64,000 bases of DNA from the NCBI GenBank assembly GCA_038126035.1, contig JAYPEY010000002.1:82837-146836 (forward strand), in the 5' to 3' direction. The notes under the pieces are model-generated. The model made no database searches and had not been told where the DNA came from. It worked only from the letters and a program-made list of their open reading frames with translations. Position numbers and translations under genes: made by a program. Of this stretch, positions 28,629 through 37,195 are shown piece after piece; the first letter of the stretch is position 1, and each line of letters begins with the position of its first letter. Source of the DNA: Verrucomicrobiales bacterium (lineage in GTDB: Bacteria; Verrucomicrobiota; Verrucomicrobiia; Limisphaerales; JAYPEY01).

Positions 28629-28675
28629 CGGAAGCAAACCCGACTCATCCGCATTATCCGTGGTCAAAAAGCGTT

Positions 28676-31600
28676 TCATTCGCGGGTGATGAATTCGTCG
28701 AGGTTCATGATCGCGCGGGCGGCGGCGGTCCAGGCCGCCGCTTCGGCGTAATTGGCCGCGAACTCCTCCGCTGTTCCAGCAATCTTGCTGGCGCCGGCGA
28801 CATCCGATTCAAAGTCCTGCAACTGCTGACTGTGGAATGTCAGCAACCGATCCAGTTCATGCTTCTTCGGCGTCCGCGCCATGGCCAATTGAAACATCCG
28901 GTTCATGCGCTCGGCGTCGTCCTTGCCCGATTCCCGCAACACACGGCCCGCAAAGGCCTGCGCCAGTTCGAACAGTCCCTCGTCATTGGCCAGGGTCAAG
29001 GACTGCAGCGGCGTGTTCGAGCGGATCCGCGCTGTGCAGGTCTGGCTGAAGTCTGGAGTATCGAAGGTCGCGAGCATCGGATACGAGGCGCTTCGGTAAT
29101 AGAACGTGTACATCGTCCGGCGGAACTTGTCCTCGCCGGGGCTGACGTCCCACTTCTTCTTCACCTGGGTGAAATTATAGACCCCGCCCGGCTGCGGAGG
29201 ACGCACGCTGGGCCCGCCAATCTTCCCGCTGAGTTTCCCGGACACCGCCAAGGCGATGTCCCGGACCACCTCGGCGTCGACGCGCAACCTTGTCTGCCGA
29301 CCCAGCAGGAGGTTCTTCGGATCGGCGGCGACCAACTCCGGACGCGCGCGGGAACTCTGTCGATAGGTCGCTGAGTTCGCGATCAGGCGATGCAGTTCCT
29401 TCATAGACCAGCCGCGTCGCATGAATTCCCCGGCGAGCCAGTCCAGCAACTCCGGATGCGTCGGCGGGGCTCCCTGGGTTCCAAAGTCATTTTCGGTCTC
29501 GACCAGCCCCCGCCCAAAGTAGCGCATCCAGACACGGTTCACGGTCACTCGCGCCGTCAGGGGATTATCCTCCCGCACCAGCCACCTGGCCAGGTGCAGC
29601 CGGCTGCGATCCTTCTGCGGAGCCCGCATCGCCGGAAAGACCGACGGCGTGCCCGCCTTCACGGGATCGCCCTTGCGCAGGAAGTCGCCGCGGATGTGCA
29701 GGCGGGTCTCCCGTGGCTTCGCCATCTCCCGCATGACCATGGTCGAAACGCCGATCTTGTCATGTTCCGCCTTCTGCTTCTCCAGCTTCGCCACCGCGTT
29801 CTTGAGCGGTCTCCGCTTGGTGTCCTGCCCCAGGTACTCATCACGCAACAGTTCCTGCTGTTTCCTGCTGCGCTTTTCCACGGGCGTCTTCAACGCGGCC
29901 AGCAGGGCCTTGGGATCGCCGGATGTGAGCAGTTCCGCCGGGGCGTCGGTCGCCGACACCGCAAAGCGGCCGACCATGTAGTTTCGATTGCGGACGCTCT
30001 CGTGGCGAATCACGAACTCCAGCGCTCCGCCGTTCAACCGGATTGGCTCCTCCGGAATGAACCAGGCCCAGTGGTTTTCGTTCATCCGCTTCTTCGAGCC
30101 CTTCCCGACATTGATCGCCCAGCCGGTGGTCTCGTCGCCATCCAGCAGTTTCATGGGATCGAACTTCGGTTGGGTGTGATCCGCGACGGCGCGAACCAGC
30201 TTTACGTTTCTCCCTCCCGCCTTGAGTTCAAAACCCGTCATGACGAAGTTCCCGTTGCCCGCCAGTCCGGGGCCGTTCTTCGGCAGTGAGTCGTGGGTCA
30301 AGACGTCCAACCGGACCGCTGTCACCAACTCCAGATCGCCGGCCGCCTGAACGTGATAGACGTCGTGCTCCGGATGCTTCGGACCAACCAGGATGGAATG
30401 GTCCTCAAGCTTGCGCATCTCGGAGTGGTTGCGGGCGGAAAACCCGGATGGATCCAGTCGGCGCCAGATTTCGCCCGACGGCTCGCGCTCCAGGAATGTC
30501 GTCTCCCAGGCCTTCTGGCCATCAGTGTGTCCGCGATCGTATGCCGCCAGTTTTGCTTTCGCCGACTCGAGTTGCGCATCGATCTCTTTCGCCCTGGCCG
30601 CGTGCCCATCAGGACGAAGACGCACGGTGGGGCCCACATTGTTGACATCCTCGGTCGTGTTGAAGAAGGCGTAGAGATTGTAGTATTCCCGCTGGGTGAT
30701 GGGATCGTATTTGTGGGTGTGACATTGGGCGCAACCGATTGTCAGCCCCAACCAAACCGCGCCCGTGGTGTTCACGCGATCGATCACCGATTCGACGCGA
30801 AACTGCTCGTGATCCGTGCCCCCCTCCTGCGCGATCAATGTGTTCCGATGAAAGCCCGTGGCGATGAGTTGCTCCGTGGTCGGATCTGGAAGTAGATCGC
30901 CGGCAATCTGTTCGACGGTAAAGCGGTCGAAGGGCATGTCGTCATTGATTGCGCGGATCACCCAGTCCCTATAGGGCCACATGGTGCGTGGATTGTCGAA
31001 GGTGTAACCGTGCGAATCCGCAAAGCGCGCCTGATCCAGCCAGTGCCTCCCCCAACGTTCGCCGTAATGCGGATTGTCCAGCAGCGAATCCACCACCCGC
31101 TTGAAGGCGTCCGGAGAAGGGTCGTTCAGGAAGGCATCGACTTCGGCGACGCTGGGCGGCAACCCGATCAGATCGAGATAAATCCGCCGGATCAATGTCT
31201 CCTTTTCCGCCTCCGGCGACGGCGTCAACCCCTCCTTCTCAAGACGCGACACGATGAAATTGTCGATGGGGTTCCGGACAGCGGACAGGTCCCCAACTTT
31301 GGGCGGCTCAACGCGTTTCAACGCTTGAAAGGACCAATGAGCTGATTCCGTCTTGGCGGTCTGTCGATCGGCCGGGTAATCTGCTCCGGCATCAATCCAA
31401 CGCCTGAGCAAATCGACGGATTCCGTGGACAAGGGGGAGCCCTTCGGGGGCATGCGCTTGTCAGGCCCCTCCTCTCCTAGAATCCTCCGGATCATGAGGC
31501 TGTCAGTTCCTTGTTCCGGTTTGATCGCGGGACCGCCATCGCCGCCGGTCAGGGCTCCGAGCCGATGGTCCAATCGCAGCCCGCCCTTCTGCTTCGAAGG

Positions 31601-31747
31601 GCCATGACACTCCCAGCAATGCCTGGCCAAGAGGGGTTGCACGTCCCGCGCAAAATCAGGCTCCGCCGCCGCGTCAAGCGATCGCGGCGACGCGAGGACG
31701 AAGGTCACAAGAACAAGAAACGAAACTGTCTTCAATCGATCGCGCAT
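28676..31747 (-). CDS. PSCyt1 + DUF1549 + DUF1553 (PSD1) protein, the usual partner of DUF1501
   Basis: N-terminal FARDVQPLLARHCWECHGPSKQKGGLRLD (PSCyt1), NPIDNFIVSRLEKEGLTPSP...LIGLPP (DUF1549), CAQCHTHKYDP, and a C-terminal DUF1553-like region. Confidence 0.9.
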   Translation of the reverse strand: MRDRLKTVSFLVLVTFVLASPRSLDAAAEPDFARDVQPLLARHCWECHGPSKQKGGLRLDHRLGALTGGDGGPAIKPEQGTDSLMIRRILGEEGPDKRMPPKGSPLSTESVDLLRRWIDAGADYPADRQTAKTESAHWSFQALKRVEPPKVGDLSAVRNPIDNFIVSRLEKEGLTPSPEAEKETLIRRIYLDLIGLPPSVAEVDAFLNDPSPDAFKRVVDSLLDNPHYGERWGRHWLDQARFADSHGYTFDNPRTMWPYRDWVIRAINDDMPFDRFTVEQIAGDLLPDPTTEQLIATGFHRNTLIAQEGGTDHEQFRVESVIDRVNTTGAVWLGLTIGCAQCHTHKYDPITQREYYNLYAFFNTTEDVNNVGPTVRLRPDGHAARAKEIDAQLESAKAKLAAYDRGHTDGQKAWETTFLEREPSGEIWRRLDPSGFSARNHSEMRKLEDHSILVGPKHPEHDVYHVQAAGDLELVTAVRLDVLTHDSLPKNGPGLAGNGNFVMTGFELKAGGRNVKLVRAVADHTQPKFDPMKLLDGDETTGWAINVGKGSKKRMNENHWAWFIPEEPIRLNGGALEFVIRHESVRNRNYMVGRFAVSATDAPAELLTSGDPKALLAALKTPVEKRSRKQQELLRDEYLGQDTKRRPLKNAVAKLEKQKAEHDKIGVSTMVMREMAKPRETRLHIRGDFLRKGDPVKAGTPSVFPAMRAPQKDRSRLHLARWLVREDNPLTARVTVNRVWMRYFGRGLVETENDFGTQGAPPTHPELLDWLAGEFMRRGWSMKELHRLIANSATYRQSSRARPELVAADPKNLLLGRQTRLRVDAEVVRDIALAVSGKLSGKIGGPSVRPPQPGGVYNFTQVKKKWDVSPGEDKFRRTMYTFYYRSASYPMLATFDTPDFSQTCTARIRSNTPLQSLTLANDEGLFELAQAFAGRVLRESGKDDAERMNRMFQLAMARTPKKHELDRLLTFHSQQLQDFESDVAGASKIAGTAEEFAANYAEAAAWTAAARAIMNLDEFITRE

Positions 31748-31813
31748 GAGTGGCTGATTGACGCATTCTCAGGGCTGATCGAAGGATTGCAACGGAAATT
31801 GCGGAGCGGCGAT

Positions 31814-32446
31814 CTACGTCGGCCTTGGTCCGCCCCGGCCGGCAACCATCCGTTGGTAGGCCTCCGGTTGCACGGATTCGAGTTGCTCCACCGTCACTCC
31901 GGCCCAGCCGTCCTGGGACAGGAGGCTCTCAAGCAGGACCGCGCAGCCCACCGCGTCAAACAGGGCGTCGTGCGGTTCCCGGTCGGGACACAGGCTCCGC
32001 GTCCGTCCCATCAGGCCCAGACGCTCCAACAGATCGCCCAAGGCGTGAGATTCCGTCCGCGGGTAGGCCACCCGCGCCAGTTTCAGGGTGTCGATCCACG
32101 GTCCCGGTCGATGCATCGGCGCCGCGGCGCAGACGATGTTCTTTTCGACGGACACGTTGTGAGCGCCCAGCGGACGTCCGAGCCACCAATTCTGCAGTTC
32201 CGGCCAAAGCTCGCCCACCGTCGGAGCCGCGGCGATCTCGTCGCGCAACTTGTGATGATGGCCCGGAGCCTTGGGATTGAAGGGCCGATTCCCGACCCGC
32301 AAAAGGCTTTCGAACTGACGCGCGGGATCAACCCTGCCGCCGGTCATTTGCACCATGCCGATCTGCCACGGCTCTGAAGGCAGATCGCCCACCACTCCGG
32401 TGGTTTCGAAATCGATGACCGTGATGTCCGCCTCGATCGCGATCAC
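31814..32446 (-). CDS. DEDDh (DnaQ-like) 3'-5' exonuclease
   Basis: ExoI VIDFETTG, ExoII-like LGAHNVSVEKN, ExoIII HDALFDAVG. Proposed GTG start at 32446 overlaps the Rieske TGA stop (GTGA). The track start at 32605 would run antisense-free but deep into the Rieske gene. Confidence 0.7.
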   Translation of the reverse strand: MIAIEADITVIDFETTGVVGDLPSEPWQIGMVQMTGGRVDPARQFESLLRVGNRPFNPKAPGHHHKLRDEIAAAPTVGELWPELQNWWLGRPLGAHNVSVEKNIVCAAAPMHRPGPWIDTLKLARVAYPRTESHALGDLLERLGLMGRTRSLCPDREPHDALFDAVGCAVLLESLLSQDGWAGVTVEQLESVQPEAYQRMVAGRGGPRPT

Positions 32447-32775
32447 GACGCCGGCTCCGCCTCCCCGCCATCGACGCAAAGCCTTACCTCTCCATCGGCG
32501 ATTTCCACCTGGTAGCATTGCAGCGTCGCGCCGGGCGGCGCATCCACGGGCTCCCCGTTCCGCAGATCGAACGACCACCCGTGCATCGGACAGGTCACGC
32601 GACAATCATCCACGCTGCCGCTCGCCAACGGGGCCCAGGCATGCGGGCAGTCGTTCTGCACCGCAAACACGCCCTCCTCCGTGTGGAAAACGGCGACCGA
32701 CCGACCGGCCACTTCCACGATCCGACTGTGATCGACCGGAAACTCTTCAAGCTGTGCGACAACGGTATGACTCAT
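32443..32775 (-). CDS. Small Rieske [2Fe-2S] protein (NirD-like)
   Basis: CPHAWAPLASGSVDDCRVTCPMHGWSF gives CxH...CxxH Rieske ligands in a ~110-aa protein. Confidence 0.82.
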   Translation of the reverse strand: MSHTVVAQLEEFPVDHSRIVEVAGRSVAVFHTEEGVFAVQNDCPHAWAPLASGSVDDCRVTCPMHGWSFDLRNGEPVDAPPGATLQCYQVEIADGEVRLCVDGGEAEPAS

Positions 32776-32841
32776 GGGCTTGGTTATTGTTGGTGGTTCG
32801 TATATGAAAGCAAGCCCTCAACGGAATCCACTCCGCGAGTC

Positions 32842-33618
32842 ATGCCGAAAAACAAGAAATTCAAACTGCTGTCCTGGAACGTCAACGGCGTCCGCGCCTC
32901 CCTTGAAAAGGGGCTCATGGACCTGCTGACGACCACCGACGCCGATGTCGTCTGCCTGCAGGAATGCAAGGTTCTGCCCGAGCAGATCCCGCACGTTGAG
33001 TTCCCCGACCACTTCCAGATCCATTGGAATCCCGCCGAGAAGAAGGGCTACTCGGGCACGGCCATCTTCACCCGGCAGGAACCGCTCAAGGTCGCCCGCG
33101 GCATGAACCTCCCCGAGCACGACACCGAGGGCCGGGTGATCGCGGCGGAATACGAGGACTTCCACGTCGTCAATGTCTACACCCCCAATTCCCAGAATGA
33201 ACTTCGTCGTCTGGACTACCGGACGAACCAATGGGATGTCGCCTTCCGCGAACACGTCGCCAAACTGGCCCGGAAGAAACCGGTCATCTTCTGCGGCGAT
33301 CTCAATGTCGCGCACAAGGAGATCGACCTGAAGAATCCGAAGTCGAACCAACGCAACGCCGGCTTCACCATCGAGGAGCGTGACCGCTTCTCCGAACTGC
33401 TCGACGCCGGCTTCATCGACACCTTCCGCGAATTTGAGAAAGGCCCGGACCACTACTCCTGGTGGAGCTATCGCGCCGGAGCCCGCGCCCGGAACGTCGG
33501 CTGGCGCATCGACTACTGCTGCATTTCCGAAGCGCTCCGCCCCCGCCTGAAGGAGGCCTTCATCATGCCCGAACAGATGGGCTCCGATCACTGCCCCGTC
33601 GGCCTGACTCTCGGTTGA
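32842..33618 (+). CDS. xthA: Exodeoxyribonuclease III (AP endonuclease)
   Basis: FKLLSWNVNGVRA, VVCLQECK, GYSGTAIF, CGDLNVAH, SWWSYR, RIDY and SDHCPV motifs. Start at the ATG at 32842 (the track ORF begins far upstream). Confidence 0.92.
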   Translation: MPKNKKFKLLSWNVNGVRASLEKGLMDLLTTTDADVVCLQECKVLPEQIPHVEFPDHFQIHWNPAEKKGYSGTAIFTRQEPLKVARGMNLPEHDTEGRVIAAEYEDFHVVNVYTPNSQNELRRLDYRTNQWDVAFREHVAKLARKKPVIFCGDLNVAHKEIDLKNPKSNQRNAGFTIEERDRFSELLDAGFIDTFREFEKGPDHYSWWSYRAGARARNVGWRIDYCCISEALRPRLKEAFIMPEQMGSDHCPVGLTLG

Positions 33619-33643
33619 ACCCGCTTACCCCCCCATTGCATCC

Positions 33644-34489
33644 ATGACCTACGAAGTCCATCCTGACCCTGAGCTTGAATTCGAAGATGACGAGGAGGAG
33701 GAGGAGCGTCCGATCGTCCTGAAGACCCGCGAGGAGATCGAACTCATGCGCGAAAGCGCCCAGATCGTCTCCCGCACCCTGGGTATTGTCGCCGAGGCCA
33801 TCGAACCCGGCGTCACTCCGCTTGAACTCGACAAGCTTGCCGAGGACTACATCCGCAGCCAGGGCGCCGAACCCGGCTTCCTCGGCCTCTACGACTTCCC
33901 CAATTCCCTCTGCATCTCCGTCAACGACGCCATCATCCATGGCGTCCCCACGGACAAGCCGCTCAAGGAAGGCGACATCATTTCCGTCGATTGCGGCGCG
34001 CTGAAGAACGGCTTCTACGGCGACCATGCCTTCACCTTCGCCGTCGGCCAGATCGAATCCAAGGTCGAGAAGCTCCTGCGCGTCACCCGCAAGTGCCTCG
34101 ATCTCGGCGTGAAGGAGGCGGTCGCCGGCAACACCATCGGCCACATCGCCAACGCCATCCAGACCCACGCCGAAAACTACGGCTATGGCGTCGTCCGCGA
34201 GTTCGTCGGCCACGGCCTCGGCCGTGAGATGCACGAAGCCCCCCAGATTCCCAACTACGGCCGCAAGGGCGAACTCGAGGAAATCGTCGACGGCATGGTC
34301 CTCGCCATCGAGCCCATGATCAACATGGGCGTGAAGGAGATGATCTCCAAGGACCACTGGACCGTCGTCACCGCCGATGGCAAGCCCTCCGCCCATTTCG
34401 AACACAACGTCGCCATTATCAATGGCAAACCGGACATCCTTTCCACCTTCGATTACGTGGACGAGGCGCTGCGGAAGAAAGGAAGGTAG
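33644..34489 (+). CDS. map: Methionine aminopeptidase type I with an acidic N-terminal extension
   Basis: ..CISVNDAIIHGVP..GDIISVDCGA..GYYGDHAFTF..GHGLGREMHE..LAIEPMIN..EHNV. TAG stop. Confidence 0.95.
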   Translation: MTYEVHPDPELEFEDDEEEEERPIVLKTREEIELMRESAQIVSRTLGIVAEAIEPGVTPLELDKLAEDYIRSQGAEPGFLGLYDFPNSLCISVNDAIIHGVPTDKPLKEGDIISVDCGALKNGFYGDHAFTFAVGQIESKVEKLLRVTRKCLDLGVKEAVAGNTIGHIANAIQTHAENYGYGVVREFVGHGLGREMHEAPQIPNYGRKGELEEIVDGMVLAIEPMINMGVKEMISKDHWTVVTADGKPSAHFEHNVAIINGKPDILSTFDYVDEALRKKGR

Positions 34490-34667
34490 GAAATCCGAAA
34501 AACGAGATCCGAAATCCGAAACAAATTCGAAATTCAACTTCCCAAAACCCGAAACCTCGCCACGTGAGCGCCCCCAAGAAACACGATGCCCCAGCCTCCG
34601 GGTTTCGAATTTGAGTATTCTGATTTCGGATTTGTTTCGCATTTCGGATTCAGAATTTCGGATTTTT
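34490..34667. repeat. Long low-GC imperfect palindrome (family B, GAAATCCGAAA.../...TTTCGGATTT)
   Basis: The arms at 34490-34555 and 34600-34667 are reverse complements with mismatches. It shares the 17-nt string GAAATGCGAAACAAATC with the element at 51177-51335. It fills the whole map-tatD spacer. Confidence 0.75.
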
Positions 34668-34671
34668 GAGC

Positions 34672-35475
34672 ATGCCCCCCGTCATCGACATTGGCCTCAA
34701 CCTCACCCACGACTCCTTCGACAAGGATCGCGACGAGGTCCTGCAACGCGCGACAGACGCCGGCATGGTCGCCGCGATCCTCACCGGCAGCACGGTCGAA
34801 TGCAGCCGCCACGCGCTCGAACTTGCCCGCACAAAACCCGGACTGCTGTTCAGCACATCCGGCGTCCATCCGCACCACGCGGTTGATTGCGACGAGTCCA
34901 CCATCGCGTCGCTTCGCGAGATCGCGGCCGAACCCGAAGTCGTCGCCATCGGCGAATGCGGGTTGGACTTCTTCCGCAACTACTCGCCGCCGGAAGTGCA
35001 GGAGCGCTGGTTTGACGCCCAACTGGAACTGGCCGTCGGACTGCAGATGCCGGTCTTCCTCCACGAACGCGACGCGCATGAGCCCTTTGCGCGGATTATC
35101 CAGAAGCACATCGCCAACCTCCCCGCCGCCGTGGTGCATTGCTTCACGGGGAGTCGCGAAGCCATGGAACATTACGTCTCGCTCGGTTGCCACATCGGCG
35201 TGACCGGCTGGATCTGCGACGAACGCCGCGGCGGCGAACTGCAGGAACTGGTGAAGCACATCCCCCTCGATCGGCTCCTCATCGAAACCGACGCGCCCTA
35301 CCTCCTCCCCCGCGACATCCGCCCCAAGCCCAAGGACCGCCGCAACGAACCCGTCCACCTCCCCCACATCGCCAAACGCATCGCGCATTACATGGACGTG
35401 GACTTCGAAGAATTGGCGGCGACCACGACCGCCAATTCGCGGAGGTTCTTCAGACTGCCGGGGCACGGGTATTGA
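34672..35475 (+). CDS. tatD: TatD family metal-dependent hydrolase/DNase
   Basis: MPPVIDIGLNLTHDSF, AIGECGLDF, VFLHERDA, HCFTG, ETDAPYL. ATG at 34672 preferred over the track's TTG at 34666. Confidence 0.87.
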   Translation: MPPVIDIGLNLTHDSFDKDRDEVLQRATDAGMVAAILTGSTVECSRHALELARTKPGLLFSTSGVHPHHAVDCDESTIASLREIAAEPEVVAIGECGLDFFRNYSPPEVQERWFDAQLELAVGLQMPVFLHERDAHEPFARIIQKHIANLPAAVVHCFTGSREAMEHYVSLGCHIGVTGWICDERRGGELQELVKHIPLDRLLIETDAPYLLPRDIRPKPKDRRNEPVHLPHIAKRIAHYMDVDFEELAATTTANSRRFFRLPGHGY

Positions 35476-35520
35476 ATCCCGGAATCTGGGATCTCGAATT
35501 CGCCCCCGAAGTTCCAATAA

Positions 35521-35718
35521 CGCCGCGCGAAGCGCCATGGACTGCGGCGGCTCGACGACGCCTTGCACCGCCCCCGCCCACTCCTCAGTTTCCTTTCACC
35601 CCTGCGCGACAGAGCCTGCCGCGACTCATCGCCGCCGCGTTGCATAGACGTTTCGTCATGCCAACGAAAAGGCGGCGTCAAGCCGCCTCAGTCCATGGCT
35701 CTACGCGCAGTGCAACCG
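35521..35718. repeat. Inverted copies of a GC-rich unit (..GCGCCATGGACTGCGGCGGCTCGACG.. / ..CGTCAAGCCGCCTCAGTCCATGGCTC..), family C
   Basis: Arms at about 35521-35565 and 35675-35718 are imperfect reverse complements, read directly. They generate the spurious peptide PPQSMALRA on both strands. Confidence 0.6.
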
Positions 35719-35811
35719 TGGGCTGAACGGCGAACGTCAATTCAACGCCCCTCGCCACCCCATCCGAATTCCCCTTCACTGCCCCGAGGATTGTGGCATA
35801 GTGCGCGCAGA

Positions 35812-36009
35812 ATGGATCAGGACCGCACATCGGTGAAGGAACTGCGCGAGCGTGAATATCGCATGAAGCGCGAGGACGCCGCCGCGCGCGCTTCCGGGGA
35901 GCTTTCCCGCAAAGAGGTTTCCCTCGCCGAACACCTCCCCGAATTGAATCGGGCGCCCATCCACTGGAAATCGGTCGAGATCCCTGAGTCTAACCCGGCG
36001 GAATCGTGA
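35812..36009 (+). CDS. Small charged 65-aa protein, possible partner (antitoxin-like) of the downstream nucleotidyltransferase
   Basis: ATG at 35812. The stop TGA overlaps the GTG start of the next ORF (GTGA at 36006-36009). No motif recognised. Confidence 0.35.
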   Translation: MDQDRTSVKELREREYRMKREDAAARASGELSRKEVSLAEHLPELNRAPIHWKSVEIPESNPAES

Positions 36010-36734
36010 GTTCTGACAGGTCGACATTTTCAGTCGATGCGTTCGGTTCCTACCTCGCTGAGGCTGGCGACCTCGTTCTGATCGGCGGCCAGGCCGTCGC
36101 ATGGTGGGAAAAGCGTTACTTGAAGCCGCAATCTCCGATCCTCAGTCGTGATATCGATTTCTGGACGGAGCGCGAAGACATGGAGGTTTTCCTCGAACGA
36201 ACGCGCCTCAAAGCTCGACGCCCGCACCGCTACGAACTGACTGTTCTCATGGGAGTTGCGGACATCAGAATCGAAGATCGCCCATCCCAGATCGAATTTC
36301 TTCACACCGTCCCCGGTCTGGATACGACGTCGCGGAACGCATGCTCCGTCCGGCAAACGTTGAATGATGCGGCAATTCAGATCCTCGACCCCATCTCCCT
36401 CGCGCTCACAAAACTTCATGCGCTGCGGAACTTCGATCAGACCGACCGGTTGGATGCGCTGCATCTGAAAGTCGGCATCGCCGCCGCCCGCGAGTTTCTC
36501 AAGGAATGCCTGGCCGCCGATCCCGATCTCGTCTTGTGGCACGTCGAACGCCTGGCGAAAGCGGCCCTGCAGAAGCGGAACCAACGGGTCGCCAAAGAGA
36601 ACAACTTGGACTTTCTCGACGGCATTCCATTGGAAGATATCCAGGCGATCGCAACTGACACACAAAACGAGAAACTGCTCCGCTTTCTCGATCTCCGCTG
36701 GCCGCAGATCAAGGATGCGGGAATGATCGAATGA
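36006..36734 (+). CDS. Pol-beta-superfamily nucleotidyltransferase-fold protein with a helical C-terminal region carrying an R-x4-H motif
   Basis: LIGGQAVAWWEKRYLKPQSPILSRDIDFW fits hG[GS]-x(n)-DhD. RLDALH lies at aa 148-153 (36447-36464). GC is visibly lower than in the neighbouring genes. Confidence 0.55.
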   Translation: MSSDRSTFSVDAFGSYLAEAGDLVLIGGQAVAWWEKRYLKPQSPILSRDIDFWTEREDMEVFLERTRLKARRPHRYELTVLMGVADIRIEDRPSQIEFLHTVPGLDTTSRNACSVRQTLNDAAIQILDPISLALTKLHALRNFDQTDRLDALHLKVGIAAAREFLKECLAADPDLVLWHVERLAKAALQKRNQRVAKENNLDFLDGIPLEDIQAIATDTQNEKLLRFLDLRWPQIKDAGMIE

Positions 36735-36779
36735 TCCACTTTCGTCCGAACGCCCTCCTGCAATCACGCCAGCAGACAT

Positions 36780-36840
36780 AGGAATTGAGACACGGGAATG
36801 CATGCATTGATTCCCTTGTCCCAATTCCCTGTCAGTTCTG
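36780..36840 (+). repeat. Direct repeat copy 1 (AGGAATTGAGACACGG..GCATGCATTGATTCCCTTGTC..ATTCCCTGT), family E
   Basis: About 60 nt, matching 37048-37104 with a 4-nt indel and a few substitutions. It contains an internal hairpin. Confidence 0.65.
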
Positions 36841-36873
36841 CGAAGCGCTTTCGAAATGCAACGCAACCACGAT

Positions 36874-37002
36874 CGGAGCGCGGCTGTGTCCCGTCTTCGG
36901 GGTCAGCCGCAGCGGCCTCCGGCACGTAAACGCTGGAAAACCACCCTGGCTTTGGTGGCCGACAACGTTGCTGCGGCTGGTCTTCGACACAGCCGCGCTC
37001 CG
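36874..37002. repeat. 129-nt hairpin element with perfect 17-bp termini (CGGAGCGCGGCTGTGTC ... GACACAGCCGCGCTCCG), family F
   Basis: Outer 17-bp inverted repeat at 36874-36890 / 36986-37002, inner 10-bp CAGCCGCAGC / GCTGCGGCTG (36904-36913 / 36970-36979), apical CCACC..GGTGG. It shares the CGGAGCGC terminus with REP-A. Confidence 0.75.
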
Positions 37003-37047
37003 GGAATGCGAAGCCGGGGTGTAGGGACAATCCACGTTTTCAACACA

Positions 37048-37104
37048 GGAATTGAGACACGGCATGCATTGATTCCTTTGTCTCCATTTCCCTGTAAATC
37101 CCGC
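37048..37104 (+). repeat. Direct repeat copy 2, family E
   Basis: See 36780-36840. Confidence 0.65.
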
Positions 37105-37195
37105 AATTTCCATTGCCAATCTGGCGCGATCGAACATGATCACGCTTCCGGCCAAGCAGAACCTTGCCGCCGAACATCCGCTCTCACGAAACATC

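Noticed and set aside
35563-35811. N-terminal extensions of track ORFs: 35563-36009, 41275-42834, 42692-44158, 27059-28654, 21650-23860, 790-2220 and 32518-33618.
   Set aside because: The extended parts are encoded by intergenic repeats or overlap the preceding gene. They lack any protein-like composition. Internal start codons give N-termini that fit the families, such as signal peptides or conserved first motifs.
36780-37104. A mini CRISPR array.
   Set aside because: There are only two repeat copies, the repeat-to-repeat distance is about 268 nt, the intervening sequence is itself a palindromic repeat element, and no cas genes are in the window.
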